Below are positions 28,120 through 42,800 of a DNA stretch of 64,000 nt, in pieces (within the stretch, counting starts at the first letter, position 1; every line of letters starts with the position of its first letter). The translations under genes were made by a program, and so were the position numbers. The stretch covers positions 47,933 through 111,932 of the forward strand of contig NMRA01000853.1 in NCBI GenBank assembly GCA_002633005.1, given 5' to 3'. The notes beneath the pieces are model-generated. The model was not told where the DNA came from. It saw nothing but the letters and a program-made list of their open reading frames with translations, and ran no database searches. This DNA is from Phoronis australis (taxonomy: Eukaryota; Animalia; Phoronida).

Positions 28120-28720
28120 AAATCACATTTTTTTCATGTTTTTATTATGACTGATAAACAAGTACAAAAACAAGCAAACAAGCACACCCATTCATTCACG
28201 CATGCACACCTCAGGAGAGACCATTCTCCTATCTCGTAGAAAGTGAACAACTGCTACTTGGAGTTATTGTGAACAATAAAATTTTCCCTTTTTCTAGAGA
28301 AGCTGTCATACACAAAATTTTAGTATGCAATTTTTCAGCAGTAATCATGTGTTTCAAAATGTCCAAGAATAACACGTTTGTAAGAGAAACAGTAGGGAAG
28401 CTGAACGAGACACTTTTGAAGTAGTTTTCTGAATTCCTTCCAAAAATCTTGTACAAAGGACATCCCCAAAAAGGTGTGACAGCGTCTCTGGAGCTTTATA
28501 ACAAAAGGAATATAAATTAGAATCCCGAACTTGGATTTTGACTTGAAAGTATTTGTTGCAATAACCATGTGTAAAATTCAAAATTAGAACCATCTAATGA
28601 TGGGATCCTTTGTAATGTTATAAGGCAATGTGTATATTTTCTTCTAATCTTAACTATCTCCTAACTACTAAGTTTCCCACTTACATTCTGACTTAGAAGG
28701 CTTCTTAAAGAGTTCCCACC
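28120..28720 (-). mobile_element. 3' end of L1/Tx1-like LINE (zinc-finger region)
   Basis: Frameshifted SFCYKAPETLSHLF..C.FVQDFW; minus-strand AATAAA and A tail near 28128-28147. Confidence 0.65.
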
Positions 28721-30162
28721 ATGACCATGTCAGGAGCTACACTTTGTTCGGCACATTTCAAGGAATGGTGTTTTGACCAAACTCAAAAACGGCGTTACGA
28801 GGAAGGACTCGCCATGTTGTAAGTGTATTTGCAAATTTTATAAATAACGAACAAACTGCTTCCATTCTAGGGCGAGTGAACCCAGGCACCGGCACAGATC
28901 GAGTGCTACGATCTGTAGGCCTATGCGTGGTGTTTAGACCGTGGGCTCATTCCATCATCACAATAGTGAATACTAGAGACCCAGGTTTACTGTGGCATGG
29001 TCAGTGTATATTTTGTGAAAACTGACCACCCCTTGGTTCAATTCGTTGTGACCCACATTTATGTCTGCAGCATTTCTCGTGCAAGTGGGTCGAGTACATA
29101 AGGCTTCAAAGTCGATGAAATTTCGCCAAGTGGGAAATCGAATTCATTGTATGATTCTTCAAGTACCTGAGTGTGATGCCCGTACCCTCTCCCTTCTCTG
29201 TCTGCTTAACAATTGTCCAGTTCTCGCTCAAAATCGTCCCCGGTGTGTTTTTTTTTTTTGTCTTAATGAGTCGTGGCCTCAGTCGAACCGGCCGGCGTAC
29301 GAGATACTTTCTCGAAGCCAAACAATTCGGAGGTATTCGTCCGTCATGGCCTGCGTTTACCGTTTACGCCTACTAGGTCGCGTACACAATATTCGGCGGC
29401 GAAAGAATTCAAAGAAACTATGTCAACGTTGAAATTCAAGGAAAGCGAAGGGACGGCCTCGGTATTTTATGCACACCAGTTCGCCGCCGCGTAGGCGCCT
29501 GTGTGCTGCGGTCGCGTGCTTCATGGAGAGACCTACTAAGAATCCACTACGACGAGCTGAGAGTTCCACGCTTATTCTTCCCGTTGTAAAGGTACTTTTA
29601 TATTAGAGGTATGTGGCCAAGATCTTAACCTGTATTCCAGTCTTTAGTGCTGTGGCATCGATACATGTAAATCCACTTTTTGTCCATGTAAAAAGCGAAC
29701 CGAGGCCCATGCAGTCACGCCGGGGATTTCCTTTGTCTCCGGTGTAGGCTTACAACTACTACCCACAGAGTCAACTGCTCAAAAAATTCGCGTTTCCCGT
29801 TTCAATCATTTATTTCGGCGGGCGTTAAGGCCTGATGTGGAATCAGTCCTGCAGCGGAATATTATGGTCATAAACAGCAGACAACCACCACATTTTTACA
29901 TTTTGGGCTCAAGACAGTTTCAAGTGTTCGGGGTTTCCCGCATCAGGTCATGTGTTAATGTTTATTTGGGTCAACCTTTTGCCACGTGGGACTGGTACAG
30001 AATGACATAACTTATCCCGCTGGGCACTTTCTTTTAATGGTTTAAATTTTCAAGTTGTCAAATAAGATTGATCACGTCTAGAATCGCATTCATGGGTGCC
30101 AATTTCCTGTTATTGTGTGTGTCATGCCAAATAATAGTGAGTGAAAATCCAAACCTTTTAGA

Positions 30163-33100
30163 CTAGCCTAGGAACCAGTAAGAGAAGGAATAGCAACGCG
30201 GCAAACAACAAAGCATAACTGTGTGGCTAATCCTATAATTGGTCTCGGGACTTCGTTGCGGTCTTGCCTGGGAAATTACCCAGGGTGCCCTACGCAGTCA
30301 CCCGGATGTACCGCTTGGAAACTGACGCGAAGTTGTGGTGAGGTCAGCGTCGATTTTGATCCGTCGCTTTGCGTCAGGTCTCACTTCGAAAGGTCTGAGA
30401 ACTTGTCTACAGTAAGTATTAGAAAAAATTTTGATAACTACGTATAGTTTTTTCAAAACTTTTGGCGTAATTTTGTGTAATTGTTTATGCAAATTCACCA
30501 AAACGTCTAAGTCGAATATTTAAAAATGGCGGCCGGCGTGGCTCAGGTGCTGCTTGTGAATTTGTAAGCGGTTCAAAGCCAAATCAAGGACGTAAATTAC
30601 TATACGTATTTATATTTTCAGTCACCAGTAATATTATTTTTGAAATTCTGTACCACAAGATTAACAAGCGTTTGCTTTAGAAATAAACGATGATTGAATA
30701 TGCCCCTCAGTTCAGACTTACTGGGTCTATAGATAACAGCGTCGACCTGTCACCCTCACTGAGTATTTTTCCATTAAAGTATCTTTAGTTTGGTGTTATT
30801 ATGAACATTTACTTTAAAATTTATTTTTCAAGTTGAATTGCTTCATTGTAGTGTTCAGAGATAATGTAGCTTTCCTCAGCACAAGCCAACTCAAAAACAC
30901 CTTTTTGCAGAATTTGTTTGCAAAAACGACACTTTTATAATATTTGCAACCAAATTTCTCTGAAACGATAAATTTTCTGTCATCACCAGCTCACTGATCC
31001 TGAGATCTAGGTGTTGTATAAGGATAAAAATACTATGACAGATGATATTGAGAAACAAATTAATATATAGGTGGGTCATAATTCCTGGTTTCTGGCAGCT
31101 TTTCATGGGAAAACATGAGATTTGACTAATTAAGCAACCACTTGCTGCAAAATCGGTGTATTCCATAGTCCTGAATTTTTTTGGAGTTGATGTCTGGCAT
31201 TTGAAGTGGGTAAATAACACTTAATGAGACCTCTTATTGAGAGGCACATTTTCATTTAACATGTTTGAAAATTGACTTTTTGTTAATTTTCCTAGCGCTG
31301 ACATGCAGTTTTGCAATTTTTACAACCATTCATAAACCAAACGCTGCTTTCCAACCTCTCGTAAGCTTTGTGTAACTGCAATCTGCTTACTGAATTATCA
31401 AAAAAACATTGTTTCACCTCCTATGGGTGGATACATTTCATTGGGGTCTGCCTCAAAAACTGCTCAGAAACACTAGTTAAGTGGTTTTGTTTTCATTCGT
31501 ATATTGTTGTAACTTGCCCAACCTAAGAACCGATCTTAGAGGATCCAACTGCCTTATCTGCTAAACTATATGTTTCCATCCAGTAGGTCTGTTAAATGAA
31601 ACTTAGGTAGGAAGCTGTGAACAAGAAAGGCTGGTCTGAAGCTAACATAAATCAACTTTTCTAATATTTCATGGGTTTTACAATTTTCTTGGTTGGTTTT
31701 GTGTTTTCTGAAACGAAAGCGACTGTTAATTGCAGATGCCCTTGCACAAGAAGAAACAAATTGGCAAAAGGAAAAAAGGTCTGTTCAGGAAGTACAAAGC
31801 CTGTCACCTCCAATCACAGGGTGAGAAATCAGGTAACACAACTTCTATATTTGGATGTGAATCTTTTCAATTAATTACAATAGTCAGTAATGACGACAAC
31901 AAGAAATCTTCGAATCATTAACATGCTGAGACTAAAAGCTTCTGCTGATTAACATGTATTGTGGAATTTGTTACTCAATTGTTATCTGTCCTTTACTGAA
32001 GTTAAATTTGATGTTTGCTTTTTTCACATGTAGCTTCCGAAGCAAGTGATTCAGAAGATGACATCCCCTTAGCAAAGTTTAAAGCCCCATTAAAAGAAAC
32101 AGTGTCGCAAGTGTTGGAAGATGTCTCACTTGAACACATTCACCATGTCTTAGATGAAGGGACATTGACACCAACCTTGTCACAGTCTTGTGACTTTCCT
32201 CAAGCACATAATGAGTCCTCCTCGGTGACTGCTGATCTTCACTATCAAGGTATGATAATCAGTGAGAGATGCTAAGTTTTCTTTACGTTTGGGTAACACA
32301 ACTTATATATTTGGATGTGAATCTTTTTAAATCAATTAATTTAGAATAGTCAGTAATGACAATGGCAATAGATCTTCAAATCATTAAAACACTGAGACTC
32401 AAAGCTTTATTTTTAAAAACTCGACTGATTAACATTTATCTCATAGGCGTTGATTCAATCGAGTGCAATATGGCCATGTGATAATGATTTCTGTATTCAC
32501 GTTCGACACTACTTCAACAGCAACCTCTGACATGGAAAGTTCAAAACGTACGTCAACATTGATTTGATGTTGTTGGCTGGTTCGATCATCAAACTTTCCA
32601 AAATTTAAAGTAATACAATTGCAGCAGTGTAAATAACACTCAACATGCAATATTGTCCCAATCGCAACATATTGAACTGGACTGTTAGTTAAATGAAAGT
32701 TCTGTCTCAGTTTTCAATTGATTAATATTATATCGTCCGCTACTCAGGCGCTGATTCCTCAGCAAATGAAAACCCAGATGTTAATCAGTTCAATTTCAAC
32801 ACTGCGTCACTTCGAGTGCAGAAGTCATGTGCCATGAAGAAATTCAGTGCCAATACACGAGGTGCCCCCGATGATAGGGTTATTGACAACACTCCTCTGC
32901 CCAAGAGACAGAGAAGTGGTCTTTAATATCTGATGAGTGGTCAATGCTGTAATGGTTAGATTTTGCTCAATATATTGAAAAATTTGAAACCAGTTGGACA
33001 TAATACGTGTTGATGTACACAAAACAGTATCGTGATATTGCGTTAGTTTCTGTTATATGTAACAATGCAATCAACTTTACAAGCATGCTAATTCAATAAA

Positions 33101-34596
33101 ACTGTACATATGTATTTAAATCAGTTGCTTTCTCTATTTACAGATGAGGTCATTGAACCAGTTGCTGTCTATTTACAAATTAGACTCAAAATACTGAGCT
33201 ATTACGATATTTTTGCTAAAGATGCACATTGCATTATTTTCACTACTTCATAACTCATCAGTCGAAAGGTGTCCCAAAACTACAGAAGATCATTCAATAA
33301 ATTTAGTTAGCGTTAAGTTCGATACACCGTTATTTGTAGAATGTTTCGCATTGAAATATGTTCTGCAAAATTTTGAACAAAAGTGAAATGGAAAGAGTAG
33401 CTACCAATGACAAGGTCTCTTTACTATGAACATCCAAAAGGCACGAGCACCTTTCTGTGTGATGAAATGTGCTTATTCAACATACACTTGCTTAGTCAAG
33501 GCAGTAGTATTAGTTATCGGATGCACATAATTGCTTCTTAAACAATTGCCTTTGACTGAATGACCAATTCTGCAAATTTAATTATTAATGCACAGTAATA
33601 ATTCTAGGCGTTCAGTAACTCCTGAGTGTTCAATAAGCACATTTCAATGCATAAAAATGTACTCGTTTACAACCCCTTAGGCACAACAAAATTTACATAT
33701 TAGATATATTTTTTAGTGTCTTCCTCAAGCCCTTCTCATACTTAGGATTCTTTGACTCAGTTTTCTGGTAGCTTTCAAACAGTTTTTTTTGGAAAGAAAA
33801 CCCCCTGATGGTGACGAACAATTTCACAAACATAGACATAACATCTAACTTAACCCCTTGAGTAAACCCAACAGTGGCGTTCTCCCACTTAGACAGTAAA
33901 ATTTCATTTTGTAGCGCGCTACTCANTTCGGGGTCTAAACGAGCTTAACACACAGTGGCACTCAGCTGAACCTTGACGATAGCCTAGTTAATAGCTGGTT
34001 AGCTAGTCTCTATAACATGTACGATGTTTACACCATCGAGTCGACATCCTAAACATTAATTATTTAACTTACCAGAGAAAGACAATGACGGGTCGTGATT
34101 TTTCACGTGCCTTGTGATTCCGGACGCCGTTTTCAACTCTTTTTGGCACACAGGACACTCGTACACAGCATCGACATCGCCGACCATGTCGACCTTCATA
34201 ACTTTTGTCCTTTGTTCTACAGTATCGTCACTGCTATTACTGACATCGCCGTCTTCGAAACTAACATCAAGTATACTATTCCAATCAATGCTACTATCAT
34301 CAAACGAAATAAAACTATCTTTAGAATACATAATAAATGAATCGACTTCAGAAACTCTGCTACAAACAATATGGCGACTGCATTCTCGTCACTCGAGAGA
34401 ATTCACGTGAATCAATGTTCGGTAATCACCGCTGTCCGGAAATACCCGACAGACGGGTTGATTGCGGCTTAACTCCGTGGCGCCTATGTTTTGTACGACG
34501 ACCGACTGACTGAAAAGATTGCAAGCCCGCAACGGAGCTCGTATCAATAGAGTTTGTCGCGTTGCTATTCCTTCTCTTACTGGTTCCTAGGACTAG
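30163..34596. mobile_element. 4.4-kb DNA transposon with ~44-bp TIRs (Academ-like termini), internally decayed
   Basis: CTAGCCTAGGAACCAGTAAGAGAAGGAATAGCAACGCGGCAAAC at 30163-30206 is the near-perfect reverse complement of 34552-34596. Confidence 0.8.
34073..34331 (-). pseudogene. Acidic + C2H2 zinc-finger first exon inside the TIR element
   Basis: YECPVCQKELKTASGITRHVKNH followed by a G|gtaagt donor on the minus strand. Confidence 0.6.
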
Positions 34597-36814
34597 CTAA
34601 CTGGACTCGACCTGGCAAGCATTCTTTGTTATGGGCAAAAATCCCGTATGTTGCAGGTTACTCAAACCTAATGGAAGCACCGGTAATCCTGCCCTGATAT
34701 TAGTAACTCTAGGACTTCATTGAAAAGCAAGATTTCGCAAGATTACGTGCGATGTTGCCATGTATTTTGAATGAGAACGCGTAATTTTGGCTAGATTTTT
34801 TGTGAGCTCCTAGCATTACTGAACTCTACCCTGTTGAATGGACATGTTAAAACTCGTCGTGGAGATCACATATGTATCAAAATGGCTCCCAACTCCCAAG
34901 TATATTTGATCGTTGTTTTTCTTTTCTCTTTTACAGGTACCGGTTACTACGAAAAAACAACCCAAGATTAGAAATGCCTTTTTGTAAATAATTATTTAAA
35001 AATCTTGATTATTGGTTGAAAACGTCATCTTAATAAATGGAAAAGAGGGAGCAAAGAATTTTATTGGGCGAGGGTCTTCGAACTTTACTGCCTACGAACA
35101 CTAATTTTCCATGAACCCAATCGAACATCATTTGAACATCTGCGTGCAAAACAGATACGTCAGGTACTGCAAACGTTGAAAGAGGTGTGTGGTTAGTCTT
35201 CATTTCCAGGAAAACAACACAGTGTGAGACATGGGTTCCGCAGAAGCAGCTGTATTCTACATGCCAAGGCCAGTGCGCTTCTCTTTGCCACATGATGTTC
35301 GCACAACAATCTACAGTGATGGGAACAGCACCAAGCTAATTTGATTGATGACTTTGTTCACTACAGCTAAACACGTGAAACAAACATTCACAAACAGATC
35401 TGTACATGTGAATTTGAGGTACAAAGACACGCTGTGTGTATATATCTCGTGTGGTGAAATAACTATTAAACGGACGTTCGACAAATAATGAAATGCGATA
35501 AACAAAAAAAATGGATGGCAATAGCAAATAATACTTAAAAGCATTAATAACAGCACAGCTTTTAGGTGATGTTTCTGTTTCCTAACTCAAGCATGTATTA
35601 CCAGGCCAACTTCCCATGTGTAGCGTAAACTGGTTAAAGCTGATTCCCATACACTAGCTGGTATCCTTGCGAAGCACGGGTTCCAGCTAGTTGGTATTAA
35701 CACTATTACATTCACTTTTAAATAGACTATTTAAAACCTTCTTAGAACAGGTAGAACACCATTATATGCTTCAAAAATTAGTTTTCACATCGAACCCATT
35801 TGGTCTAAACTAACGTAATCGCCACCAGAGCAATACTTGATTAATATTACGCCTTTCATAAACCAAGACATGAAAAAACACTTCTGCCTCCGATCCCCAA
35901 GTTACCAGTAAACCACAAGGTTGATTGAAGTCTTCTTACTCGGAACGATTATTTTCTCATAGAAAGTTGCCATACTTCAAAATACGTCGCGCCAAATAGA
36001 AATTATCAATTAGAGTCAACTTCAACTTAATAAAGTTTTCTCCAAATGAAGCAATGTAAAAAAACGGGTAGAGTGAGTATAATAACCAGTGAAGGATCGA
36101 ACGGGAAACCGAATTCTATAATGGGGTCGACATTGTCGGCCAAAATCACTATTGGTACCACAAAAAATGACTAAATGGCATGTTCATTGTTTACATTGGG
36201 TGAGAATATAGTGATGTAGCCTTATTTTCCCCACCCCCGACTGCCCCGAACTCCCAAGGTTTCACGCTTGCAGTCGTCAGCCAGTTGCTGGCAACCGAGT
36301 CACCTTTATGGGTCTCTGATTTCAGAATCACAGGTGTTACTGAATGGAAGTAACTGGTTTTGAAATCAGGAATCAATCCCGGACCCATAAATCCCTCGAT
36401 TATCCAGTTGTCACTCTTGCTAGTCACTGTCGTACCACGCTGTCATCGTTTCTGATGCCAATTGGTACGTCGTTTTGTTACCGGTAAGGTGCTCGCTCGC
36501 TGTTGCCAATCCATAAGCAGTCGCCCCTGTAAAGTGATTGTCACCCCAGTGTCAGTCATACTTTTCTGCAGTCGCGTTCGCGTTCAACATGTACACGAAG
36601 AACTCTAATGGAACCCAACGCATACGCGATCGTGAACTTGTGACCTCCAGTGAATCACGTGTTCGTGTTTGTGTTGAACGTGTAGCATAAAATCTCTTCT
36701 TACATGTCCCCTGTCACCTGCGCTGCATTCATTTACGATACGGATCGAGGTTGGAAGGTTTTATGAAAACTGCCGATAACTGTTCAGATAATTTAGAGTA
36801 TTCTACTGTCTAAG

Positions 36815-36862
36815 ATGAAGAACGTCGTTGCATTGCTTTTCTTCCTCGTTTTGGAGCTACAG
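36815..36862 (+). CDS. Gene 2 exon 1: signal peptide MKNVVALLFFLVLELQ
   Basis: AAGATGA start context, basic N-terminus plus hydrophobic core, CAG|gtttga phase-0 donor matching the next exon. Confidence 0.65.
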
Positions 36863-39800
36863 GTTTGAAAAGTTAATTCAAAATTAATTATTTGTTGTCA
36901 TATAATCGGTGTTACTTTCAGAAAGCATTTTGGGGATTATTGTTGGACGAGATAGATTTCTTGAAGTTCCTTAGCTTTCACCATAGCTGTAAACAAACAA
37001 AATCTCAGTGTTTTGAGGACTTTTCAAAAAGAAACACCAATTACCACAGTTGTCCTCCAGAGATTCGTTGAAATCAAAGCCGTTGCCTTTACCATAAAGA
37101 GACCGTTAAAAGACCTGCAACTTAACGCGTTGGTTTTGAGGCTCAGCGGTAGCGTGTCCGGTTGTTACTACGGTAGTAGTAGATTCGATTCCATACTGCT
37201 TCTAATTTATATGAAGTTTCTTTTCTAGCAGAGAATCTCCCCTGGAGGCTCACTTCCTTCTTCCTTGTGTACTCAATATAGAAGATATGAAATAGCATCG
37301 TTCGTTTCCCCTACATTTCTTTAATAGTAATAGCAGAAACACGTAAAAACGTTTAGGTATAATGAGATATCTTTTAGATACAATTCACTTATCTAAGTAT
37401 CACCGATAACAAGTTACAGGCAAGCATGTTTAATCTGGCCTTCCAATTTATATATGAATGAGTTTTACTTGTGTGCTACTACCATATTCTATCGAGAATC
37501 TATTTCAGCTAGGAAGGTCCCAACGAGACCAAAACTTTTTTTTGTCTTTACAAGTCCAGAGTTCACTCAGATTTGCATAGGTCCTCCCACTGCCCTGCCA
37601 TACAGCAAATCAATGGGTGAAAATCTTGTGCATCACTCTCGGACTTCCCGCCCTTTTGCGATCGTCTCGTCTCCTGGTAGATGTCACAAGATCTGCTCAA
37701 TAGAATCCCTTCAGATGCCACTCCTAGCCAATACAAGTTGCTGGTGGTACGGTCAGTTGTCTTCCTAACACCGAGATATCCTCCGTGGGTAAGCCTCGTT
37801 ACGGCTTAATAGGCACGACAACTTGTTTCACGTCATCTCCATCCTTATTCTTGAACAGCCGATACAGTATCCCTCGCTTGACCTCCATCAGCCTCTGGTC
37901 TGTCATTCGACTTTTGCTTCTGCTTGACCCCAGAGCTATTTTGAGGATAATCTTCTTCCTAGACTTCCTTGAACTGTCGAAGTTCCATGTCCTGTGTGGA
38001 ATGGGACTTCGGTCTTCTAGACTTTTTCGAACACGTATCAACCCATATGTTAGGAATTTTTTAACATATTTTTGGGTGTTAAAATCAAGTTGTTGTTAAT
38101 TTGATTTCTAAGCACTGATATTTTAAGTAGTATTTACATATACCCGTGAATTAAAATTTTAAAAATGCCTGGTAAATGGATCCAATCCAATACTTTGTGT
38201 TACAGACAGCGGACACCACTCTTCCAGCGGACACCAGGCCAACAACGTCTTCAACGAGCATGCCCACTGCGCAATCGCCGCCCTGTAACGAAACAAAGAA
38301 AATAGCAGGTATGACCAAAAGCTTTTCACAAATGGGTCCTTTAAATCGCGCTGACTGCACGTTTCGGGATACAACCCTTCAGAAATATGGTTGAATACTC
38401 TCGAGGAACAGGGACTAGGTGGGATATCTGCAACTAGGTATCTAGGTAATAGTGAACATTTTTCATCTGTTCACAGGACGTTGTCAGTAGTCGATGTGCG
38501 CTTTAATCCTGTAAATACAATGCTATTTTCCAGTCACCACGGTGGAACACTCAAAATTGTACGATGACACGTGGCTTACCTCAATTTCTAAATGCCAGTT
38601 TACAATCTTTGTAATTGGCCCAATATGTTGCCCTCCCAGCAGAACTATTGGAGAAGGATAATGTCAGTACACTATTTTCTAGATTTAGGTTATAAAAGCT
38701 ACATTTCTTGTCCGATTTTCAAAATTCAAACACCTAACCATGTGCATCCAATTATTACGTTACTAAAAACTATCTGATGGATATTCAAAAACACTATTGT
38801 CGTCCCGAATGTTTATAACTATGTTTGAGATGTTCAAGTTCGCACCTGATTACCCAAGTTAATCTCCAAACGATTATAACATCAGCAGAAGGTGGATGCT
38901 CTCTTTGAAGCTAGCGGCAGGTATGGTTATCCTACCGGTCAAATTGAGGCGAGGGTGTCGATCACGTAGGATTCATTTCATGACAGAGTTACAGTCGACA
39001 TCCAGAATTTGACGAGGTTTTGTCATAGGTCATGCTTATTCCTACACTAAATTTTTGACTAAATTTTTGTCTAAATTTCACCTGCTGTGTACCATTTTTG
39101 AAAATTAGCAGACATGTAAGAGTTATTTCGCAAATTTGAAAACATTTGCTGGGCCTTTGAGGCCATTTTGAACGCTGACAAGTCAGCTGCAATGCAGAGG
39201 GGTAATCTTACCGTGATGTCGGAAATAATTTTCACGGTAGCCTCTACATTTTGAGGGTATAAATTCAAATAACAGGCACTATGAGCCCAGACGTTTCGAA
39301 AAGTAGACAACAGCCAGTCCTAACCTATTCTATTTAGTCTGCAATGCGAGAAGAAATACAGGTGCAACTTCATAATGTACAGATACTTTTGCAGATTTCA
39401 AGTTCAAAGTCGACTTGTGGGCCAAGTACCCAGACCCAAAGACGTTTCCGAAGGCTGATATGTGGAAAAAGGCGGGGTTTGATAAGAATTACGGAGACAC
39501 ATGTGGGATGAGATTTAGCTACACCCTTTACCAACTGGGTGAGTAGAAACTCATGGTCGAGTGATGCATTTATAATCACGTTCTGAACTCGAAATTGGTC
39601 AATTAACCAAGTCAATAATATAGAAATATAGATCGATCACGAGCGTAATATCAGGTGTATAGAGCAAGGGAGAGTAATGTTGCCGGTTGCCTGACACTGA
39701 TTTTTGATTGGTAAGTCATTTCAAGCTTTGATGAGCTGCCATCCACTGCTCGGTAAGTTTAATTACGAGCTCAGGATTATCATGCCAATATTTGTATGAT

Positions 39801-42800
39801 GACACTTGACTCATTCCATTTCTTACTGATGCCTGCTATTTAGTGAGCCTTGGGTCTTGATAGGCAACTGACCTATCGTCAGGATTGTGAGTAGCGGCTT
39901 AACTGAACAAGCACAACGCAATATTCTTGACACACCTTCGTCTGCGTGGAACTTGCGATAGGTCATTTACGATGGTTCATAAACCAGTAGGCAGCAGTTG
40001 GAAATGGATGCGAATCAAGTTTCATAGTACAATTATTCCAATGATAATCCTGAACTCGTAAACAAAGCTAACGAGCGCAGAGGCCGACAGCACACCGAAG
40101 CTTGAAATAACATACCGATCTAGCATCAACATGGCTAGATCTAAGTGTAATTTTGCACTCCTTACGAAGTCAATGGCGGTTAACTTCCTTCACGTATCTT
40201 CCCAGCGCCCTCATGTGACCGGAACAAAAACTTTTATCAGTGACAAAATGGCAACGCATCGGCAGAAATTCTTGGTTCGTTTTTTCTTTCGAAATTCCAA
40301 TCACAAAAAGAAAGGAAAGTTTTTGTTCGGTAATCAATGATATCGTTTGCGTGCAAGGGTCAGCGCCGAAAAATAACCGAATCGGGCGTTTTTTAATCCA
40401 CTTAATGGTCAAAAGTCCTCACGCTTTGCTTAATTTGTTCATGTCATTGCGTGTAAAAGTTAACAACGGATAAACGAAAATCTTCTGTCACTAGAAAATT
40501 TGTTAAGTTTTTACTATCCTATTTTAACTTGAGATAGCTATTGACTTTGAACTTTGTCTTCGTTAGTGACAAGATGGCGACGAATTGCTAGAAGCTCTGG
40601 CAGATTTTTGTCAACCACAGAATATTGGTTACAGTAACTTTTTAGTAAAAAGTCCATTGGCAATTTGAACGTGACTAAATGTGACTTCTCTTCGCTCAAG
40701 CCACTGTTTGGGCGTGCTGAACAACAGATCCACCCTCCCAGTCTTCCGCCACTTGAAAAACAATATCGCCATTGGCACTGTGTAGATGTCTACTGTTCAA
40801 ATTCACTTTGAAATAGACGTTGGGTTCGGTACTGTAGTGTATTACTAATAATTACTAAGAAAAGAGTATATTTCTACTTAACTAAAAAACACGTGATCCC
40901 CCGGAAGCCACCGCTACCAGAGACTTCTCGTGGTGATCTCACAAACTAGTGAGCAGGGTATGCCACAGGTACAGCGCGTATTTAGGCCCGTAGCCAGGGG
41001 GATTCGGGGGGCTCGATCGAACCCCCTCCAGGGGGTAGGGTCGAGCCCAAGCATATCCGTTACGCATAGGATATAGATGAGCAACAATATCAACAAAACT
41101 GTTGCAGTTATTACTGGTACCACTTAATACACTAATTAATCAAGCTGTTAATAATTTCAAAATTGGTTCGGAATCCAAGTGGCTAATGTATTTCGGTACC
41201 ATTTAAGAGGTTCATGCAGACGACGATTAGCGGACTCTTTGCGCGTGGAGTCTGTAACATAGGGTAAGACGGGCCTTAGAACTAAATGTCTATACCTACA
41301 TGTATATAGCAACGAGATGTCTCAAAAATTGTGTGGAAACAGCTTAAAAGTTGTCAACTATCAAAATAACAGAAGATATTAGGTTTGTTAACTGATTTTT
41401 CTTTATAGCTGCCAGCATATAGTGATGTGCAGGATTTTTTAATTTTCGAATTGAAAGTTTTCGTCGAATATGTTGTTCATCTAGTGCATGCTTTGGTTGT
41501 GGATTGGTGGATCTTTTAAATGCAATACACATAACTTTAATAGGAAGTCCTCTGTCGTTGCTCAAAAAGCAGAATTTCACTTCATATGTACCGTGTTTTT
41601 GTGCACTGACAAAGTCCCGCCGACGAACATGCTCACATCATTCGGTAAAAGTAGGATTAGACTTAATAAAAATTTTTGTTCAACGAAATTTTCGTCAATG
41701 GTGCACAACCTCGCAGACTTCATACGAACAACAAACTTGATGGAAGAGATTTCCACAATTACATATTACTGCTCCTAAGGTTTACTATAGTAAAACCATG
41801 TTCACAAGTCCCCCCCATTCCGTGCTATGCGCATCTACAATCGTGGTTTGCGCAAATGCTTACAACCGGACAAAATGTTGCCCCCCCCTTGCGATATTCT
41901 AGATCTGCCACTGGTATCTGCTAATGAGGTGGCACTGACATTCATAAACTACTGTACTTGTGTATAGTAACCATTTAAAGGGTGTGCAAAAATTAACAGT
42001 TCTTAAATTATTGATTGCATTGTTTGCAAATGAGCTCAGTTCCAATCATTCACAATGATATCGCGATTCTTCAATCTAAAACGATTCATTTTCAAAACAG
42101 GGACAACATCGTGGACACGGAGGTATTTTATTTGAGGCGACTTACGGGCAGCTTTAAATTTGGAAAGACAGGACGTGACTCTCTCACTTGCTTTAGACTT
42201 GCAGGGGTAGGGTAGCCTGCAACATTTAGTTCCGATCCGGCCATGGCGCTTGTTTCCGTTATTGTGGGTGAGGTTGAAGCGCTGCGGATAAACTTTTCAG
42301 TCGCGATGTGGAATGGTGTAATCTTGACATGGATTTGTTGAATGTGTCGTGGTTCATAAGTCGTCAATAGTCCTACTTCACATTCTTTTCAAAATGAAAG
42401 TACGCATTGATTTTTCCGTATTCATAAGAAACGTTTTTGGACCCCACATTCGCGTAGGCAAGAAACCCAAACAGTTAAAGTTTATTAATATCAGGGCGTT
42501 ATTCTCGGAATCATAATCATTACTAGGTACGCCACTGCGTCTAAACCAGCTGTTCCCATCTCCCGAATCGATATGAGCAACTTTAGTAACCTGACAAAAA
42601 TTTCTTTACGTCATTCTCGGACTACATGAGTCCTTGCGAGTACGTTGGGTTCGAAAGTTCAGCAGAGGGTAACGCTATGTAATCCAGAAAGAGAACTTTG
42701 TGAACCACAATACATCCGAACTTGGGTTCTGTTTTTTGCAAATAAGCGTCATATGCCATCCTCACTTTTGGATTGGCCTACCAATTCCATCTTATCTCAG

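Noticed and set aside
29722-29731. NF-kB-like site GGGGATTTCC upstream of gene 2 (similar motifs near 11204 and 30269)
   Set aside because: A few such degenerate 10-mers are expected by chance in 64 kb; they are far from the start codon and no conservation is shown.
37229-37324. Possible extra exon after ttttctag in gene 2 intron 1
   Set aside because: No suitable donor before an in-frame stop; exons 1 and 2 already join in phase.
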